Below are positions 27,001 to 28,734 of a stretch of 28,734 bases of DNA, one piece after another. Position 1 is the stretch's first letter. Every line of letters starts with the position of its first letter. The translations under genes and the position numbers were made by a program. The notes under the pieces were generated by a model. That model was not told where the DNA came from. It saw only the letters and a list, made by a program, of their open reading frames with translations, and made no database searches. The stretch is from an uncultured Candidatus Saccharibacteria bacterium (GTDB taxonomy: Bacteria > Patescibacteriota > Minisyncoccia > Phycocordibacterales > UBA9973), in contig CAYZOL010000001.1 of assembly GCA_964480325.1 (NCBI GenBank), positions 3,717 through 32,450 of the forward strand, given 5' to 3'.

Positions 27001-28609
27001 ACCCAAGCACAGGAGAATTCGTATCCATAGTAATCGTAACCCCCGAGTTAATGACTACATTTTCCCCGGCAGCTGGTACTCCGCCTACGCCGGTGCAATC
27101 TGTCCAGTTTCCACCTGTGCTCCATGAACCAGTGGTGGTAGCAGTACAAACTGGTATGTACCTGTTGTATGCAAAAGCAAAACCTTTCGCTGGACTAGCA
27201 TTCAAGGTACCCAGTGATGCGCTACCGTCAGGTGCACTCCAGGTAAAGGTTGTGCCATTGGACCCAAGAGTGAGAAGCTTGGAAAATATTGCACTAGTAC
27301 TATCTGTAATAGTTACGAGAAGTTTACTCGCATCATATGGATTCTGGTAGCTTCTGTATTGATGACGGATGTCGTTAAGTGACGGCGTCACGGTCTGATC
27401 TGTTTGCTTAGTCCAACTGCCAGTACAAGGTGTGGTTTGGGTAAACCACGAGATACCGGTACCCGCTGAATCATCGTATTGGATTACACAATATGTATTG
27501 CCACCATTAGTAATAAATCCAGCAGATGCGGGAACGCTACCTGCTATTATTGGAGTTTCAATACTTGAATCCAAGTTTGCAGTAACAGTCCAAGCAGAAC
27601 CTGACCAATACCCCGCACTGGCGTCTTCTGATGTACCTGCCTCACCACCTGCAACCCACACCATCGCATCTGTTGCCGGATTTGTATCCATATCGATATA
27701 TCCACCTCGATCACCAGTAGTGCTTCCTGTAACGGCTGCTGCACTCCAAGAACACGGAGCGGCTCCTGTACAAGTACTGTAATACATACCATTAGTATTA
27801 GAGGTGACTTCTCTACCCCATACTGCCATCACTTCACCACTTGTACTTTCAAACGCAATTTCGATATTGTCCAAGTCTCCGGCCGCAGTTACTTGGTCGA
27901 GATTCGTTTCTCGGGCGGAGGCAGGCTCATTCTCCCACGCACTTCCATCCCAGACTCGCACACTGGCATCTTCATTTGTATCCGCCCAGATTGTCGCGAG
28001 TCTATTTGAAGTAGGATCACTTGCAAGCTCCACCCATGTCACAGTACCTGAAGTACGAGTCGCATCTAGATTCGTTTCTGCAGACCAGTTTCCACTTCCA
28101 CAAGTAGTGGAGCCGAGTTTAGTTCTGTATCTGAGCTCATTAGTAGTACCAGTGTTTCCAGAGTAGAGCACCATCACGTCACCTGAGGTGGTCTCGTATG
28201 CGATGTTGAATCTTCGCACCGTACTGGAGCCCACGGCTACTGACCATTCATTCGTCCAGCTCGATCCATCATAACAAACGACTTGAAGTGTGCCACTTGA
28301 GTTGATGTATCCTGCCACCATCTCGTTTCGTGTGGGTGATGCTTTGATGACAGTGATGTTCGGCTGAGTACCCGAAACAGTGTTGCCAGCGGAGCCAAAA
28401 GTCTCTGTCGCACTAGTGTATGTACGCGCCTGTGGGTTTGTATTACCCGATGCACCATAGAACAAAATACCATCACCTTGGGCCACGGCAAAAACGTTAG
28501 TACTTGAGAGTAAATAAAAACTCACTACAAAAACTGTGATGATTGATTTAATCAAATTTAAAAAAATTGACCTACACTTTTTCACCGCACTCAACTTCTG
28601 GTTCAACAT
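18032..28609 (-). CDS. Giant (3525 aa) secreted Thr/Ser/Gly-rich adhesin-like protein with two beta-propeller regions and long beta-helix-like stalks
   Basis: A single uninterrupted ORF with an extended signal peptide of about 41 aa (…STNVFA). It contains a Trp-rich N-terminal propeller-like region, four copies of a ~162-aa stalk module, seven 42-aa Asp-box blades, an NxGV-repeat region and a Gly-rich C-tail. Confidence 0.85.
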   Translation of the reverse strand: MLNQKLSAVKKCRSIFLNLIKSIITVFVVSFYLLSSTNVFAVAQGDGILFYGASGNTNPQARTYTSATETFGSAGNTVSGTQPNITVIKASPTRNEMVAGYINSSGTLQVVCYDGSSWTNEWSVAVGSSTVRRFNIAYETTSGDVMVLYSGNTGTTNELRYRTKLGSTTCGSGNWSAETNLDATRTSGTVTWVELASDPTSNRLATIWADTNEDASVRVWDGSAWENEPASARETNLDQVTAAGDLDNIEIAFESTSGEVMAVWGREVTSNTNGMYYSTCTGAAPCSWSAAAVTGSTTGDRGGYIDMDTNPATDAMVWVAGGEAGTSEDASAGYWSGSAWTVTANLDSSIETPIIAGSVPASAGFITNGGNTYCVIQYDDSAGTGISWFTQTTPCTGSWTKQTDQTVTPSLNDIRHQYRSYQNPYDASKLLVTITDSTSAIFSKLLTLGSNGTTFTWSAPDGSASLGTLNASPAKGFAFAYNRYIPVCTATTTGSWSTGGNWTDCTGVGGVPAAGENVVINSGVTITMDTNSPVLGSITINGTLNTSDGTSRSLSGTTINISSTGTLTANASTITLSGTSGTLFTKHASGTFTVGTSTVTLSGNGTATATSGTITFNNLTSSGTGTKTLGGNTTVSGNMTISAGTLALSTFDLTVTGTTSITGTLNDDSATGTNLFTGAVTVNNGGTWSNSNNPAYEFRGGLTVNSTSTFTSGSGTYTFSTNAQTIGGTQSYTITALSNTISSGNGLTFSGSNPTVTTLTQGTNAVLTFSGTVPTITTLTATASPNTVQYTGSTQTVKGTTYHHLIMDAIVSGTKTLGGNVIVNGNLTLQGSATLDPTSSYTVTGSGTNTLNVTGASSVAPAVLKVQHSTFAGSYVSFETINLNTYSTVDYALSGAQTVDNTLTYYNLKVSGSNGGSWTQQTGSGSRTWYGIASSSDGTKLVAGTISGYIYTSTDSGVNWTQQTNSGVRTWYAVASSSDGAKLLAGSSAGYLYTSTDSGANWTEQTNSGSRAWVAAASSSDGTKLVAVVNPGYIYTSTDSGVNWTQQTNSGSRAWNSIASSSDGTKLVAGVDGGYIYTSTDSGVNWTQQTNSGSRNWYSIASSSDGVKLAAVHNTGYIYTSTDSGVNWTQQTNSSIRNWWGIASSSDGTKLVAVVQDGYIYRSTDSGANWTEQTSLGVESWWNVASSSDGEKLAASVINAGYIHTYLGATTVTLGGATTATGAVTISSRTLDTSNYSLSAGSVSMTGGTFTMGSSTVSLTGTGTVWTYSSGTVTPGTSTIKLTDTSATSKTFAGGGQTYNNVWFAGGSGGGSYTITGANTFADVKSDGSVAYSITFPASVTTTMTSWTISGTSGNIVTIVSSSGGSAATISDTTGTNTCDYCSIQDSAATGGATWSATNSTSVSGNSGWVFAATGRYWVGGTAAWDGTAGTKWATSTGGSGGASVPTAANNVFFDANSGAGTVTISTTTALGANVSFSGFTGTLAGSTAMTVSGDLTMGSGMTNSYTGDITLNATSGTKTITSNGKTFGSNIIVNGSGGTFALGDAFNTSGNLTITAGTVTLGAYNTTVGGTTSVTGTLNDASATGTNLFTGAVTVNNGGTWSNSNNPAFEFRGGLTVNSTSTFSSGSGTYTFSTNAQTIDGTQSYTITALSNTISSGNGLTFSGSNPTVTTLTQGTNAVLTFSGTVPTITTLTATASPNTVQYTGATQTVKGTTYHHLTINGSGTATLGAATVTNGNLTITAGTLALSTLDLTVTGTTSITGTLNDDSATGTNLFTGAVTINNGGTWSNSNNPAYEFRGGLTVNSTSTFSSGSGTYTFSTNAQTIDGTQSYTITALSNTISSGNGLTFSGSNPTVTTLTQGTNAVLTFSGTVPTITTLTATASPNTVQYTGSSQAIKATTYHHLTVNGSGTATVDGTTVVNDTMTVSSAVTNNSTLTVTVALSGASSLTQGTSSTLNIGGTSGITTLTATASPNTVNYTGTTQTVKGTTYHHLIVSASGTKTLGAATVANGDITVSAGTLDTGNYALTGGTLSVSGTATLTLGSSTVTITGTGTAFNYTSSTAVSAGTSTIKFTDSSASLKTFAGNGKTYNNFWFAPGTGTGTIEIRGSNTFADFKDDGTVAHSILFTAGTTTTVTTLTVTGNSGQLITINSGDGAGSTSTATHILSDSSGTNESDFLSVQHSVAQGGADWYAGANSTNNNSVATAGSGWIFTAAPRSITISSASTTCSNSPNFDTSSGACVVNVTDIQTLLNAGTAVTFTATQDITVSNAFTKSSGANTSFTMYANRNIIVSAAISSSSGTLGMLLNADRNADTSGYINIAAGLTSNGGNITMGGGSGAISAGSGYAVGNSGQAYGVYINNVGVSAGGGNVIINGQGYNTTTNDNYGVYINGASASVTTTGTGTIDINGLGKGNTNSSNDFGVSIRTGATISSVNGNITISGTAGDGNGGNNIGVRLSDANSAVNTSGSGDIAITGIGGNSTDSGNNYGVYLSSPNGLTASSSGDITVNGTGGDDIGEAINNEGVMLNTADVTAAGGAIVINGTGGDSLVNNIGVRVAGSGVSITNTGTGTIDITGVGSGTGNSYQSYGFWLQNGGVISTVNGALNVTGTGGGAGTGGDNYGVYVTNTSSTIKTTGSGNLTITGIRGGGDTTTNYGVSIDFVSAGSLGFQTTGSGTITVIADTLSLHEANDISSVGDLTIRPYTASNTVGIGSGSGTLALTDTILGYIAWGTSSTLNIGGTTSGDIAINSASTILNKNVTLLTGGNISLATTAFAHAGASAATLNLRAYGNITTTSAITASTSALTVNINADYDANASGSISIGAGVGSNGGTITITGGGGTISTTSAWDNLTQNTSGNTITLGGATTITGGLTISAGTLSLSTYDISVGGATSVTGTLNDASATGTNIFTGAVTINNGGTWSNSNNPAYEFRGGLTVNSTSTFSSGSGTYTFSTNAQTIDGTQSYTITALSNTISSGNGLTFSGSNPTVTTLTQGTNAVLTFSGSMPTVSTLTATASGNTVVYGGGTTQTVIGTTYHHLTLNGGGTYTAGNNITINGQMNVTSGTFDPTTSYTVTGSGTNTLDVTGTIRVQHSTFAGSYSSFETLNLNSSSTVNYSLNGTQTIDNTPTYYNLTLSGGGTKTLGGATTVATNGTVTVSAGTLNPSTYLLTGNGTNTLTVASGATLNVGASTFTGSYSAGFTTVTLSSGSTVDYSLNGTQTIDNSRTYYNLTTSGGGTKTLGGATTTTNATTISAGTLSTGNYSFSSGSITLNGGTFTPGTSTVELTGTGTVFTYSSGTFTVGTSTIKLTDTSATSKTFAGGGQTYGNIWFAGGTGGGSYTLTGSNTFVHFKDSGTAAHTIYFTAGTNTTITSWSVGGSAGNLISLNSTTPLSTWTITNSNIGYGVEGDYLSIRDSIATGGASFYAGSNSVNDTTGGSTNSGWIFTTRSRGGGGGVESSATPDPQVGGGNGVGGGSGTESGGNPDAGAGGGGAGGGGGDIGYIWSVFFNMYKESFSKLQKHTYI
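19484..19972 (-). repeat. Stalk module copy 4 (~162 aa)
   Basis: GTLSLSTYDISV...GTWSNSNNPAYEFRGGLTVNSTSTF...TTYHHL. Confidence 0.9.
22895..23380 (-). repeat. Stalk module copy 3, in tandem with copy 2 (558-nt period)
   Basis: Same peptide; 22944-23168 is identical to 23502-23726. Confidence 0.9.
23453..23938 (-). repeat. Stalk module copy 2
   Basis: GTVTLGAYNTTV...NPAFEFRGG...TTYHHL. Confidence 0.9.
24985..25860 (-). repeat. Seven tandem 126-nt (42-aa) BNR/Asp-box beta-propeller blades
   Basis: The Trp codon of the WT(Q/E)QT unit recurs at exactly 25856, 25730, 25604, 25478, 25352, 25226 and 25100. There are seven ASSSDG motifs and six TSTDSG(V/A)NW Asp-boxes. Confidence 0.92.
26195..26682 (-). 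repeat. Stalk module copy 1
   Basis: GTLALSTFDLTV...NPAYEFRGG...TTYHHL, located 3300 nt from copy 3. Confidence 0.9.
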
Positions 28610-28620
28610 TTGTTATATAA

Positions 28621-28629
28621 ATTATATCA
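28621..28629 (-). promoter_or_regulatory. Extended -10 promoter TGATATAAT for the giant protein gene
   Basis: Plus-strand attatatca; 11 nt between the hexamer and ATG 28609. Confidence 0.65.
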
Positions 28630-28734
28630 TTCAGAGAATAAAAATAAATACTAAAAGGTCATCATAAAATCCTAATTAAATATTTTGAAAAAAATGATGT
28701 ATAATTTATAAAAGTTGCAAAAAATTTGAAACAA

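Noticed and set aside
18108-27782. Many plus-strand ORFs (up to 286 aa, 26490-27350) rich in Val/Pro opposite the giant gene
   Set aside because: They are antisense shadows of Thr/Gly/Ser-rich codons (ACN reads as Val or similar, GGN as Pro/Thr/Ala/Ser) and repeat with the sense-strand modules; there is no independent coding signal.
1-28734. tRNA, rRNA, riboswitch/T-box, IS element, prophage or alternative genetic code
   Set aside because: Intergenic gaps are 143 nt or less with no cloverleaf or T-box pattern I could recognise, and there are no transposase, integrase or phage genes. TGA functions as a stop at 12520-12522 and long ORFs are open under code 11.

Overview
A 28.7-kb, AT-rich, gene-dense bacterial window. 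All supported genes but one (6583-7038) are on the minus strand. It uses standard code 11: TGA acts as a stop in an ATGA overlap at 12520-12523. Gene content and architecture (no clear Shine-Dalgarno sites, cohesin/dockerin and DUF916-like surface genes, a DUF5671-like protein, shortened YchF) suggest Patescibacteria/CPR, probably Parcubacteria; this is an inference, not a database result. The left part (1-11339) holds murJ (cut by the window edge), an O-antigen-ligase-like/TPR membrane protein, leuS, a DUF5671-like protein, a DUF1003-like protein, an MFS transporter, ychF, a putative lysozyme-fold protein and an orphan Venus-flytrap sensor-like protein. The right part (11375-28609) is a 17-kb co-oriented cell-surface locus and the best candidate for an undescribed system. 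In transcription order it encodes a 3525-aa repetitive Thr/Ser/Gly-rich adhesin-like protein, a small bitopic protein, two secreted paralogues sharing a WxL-like C-terminal domain (ending ATGTF/ATGTY), a WxLIP/DUF916-like membrane protein, a dockerin protein and two membrane-anchored cohesin proteins. Non-coding signals are several TGn-extended -10 promoters close to start codons, a perfect DnaA box upstream of one putative subunit gene, and a cluster of short palindromes around and inside ychF. I found no rRNA, tRNA, CRISPR array, transposase, integrase or reverse transcriptase.
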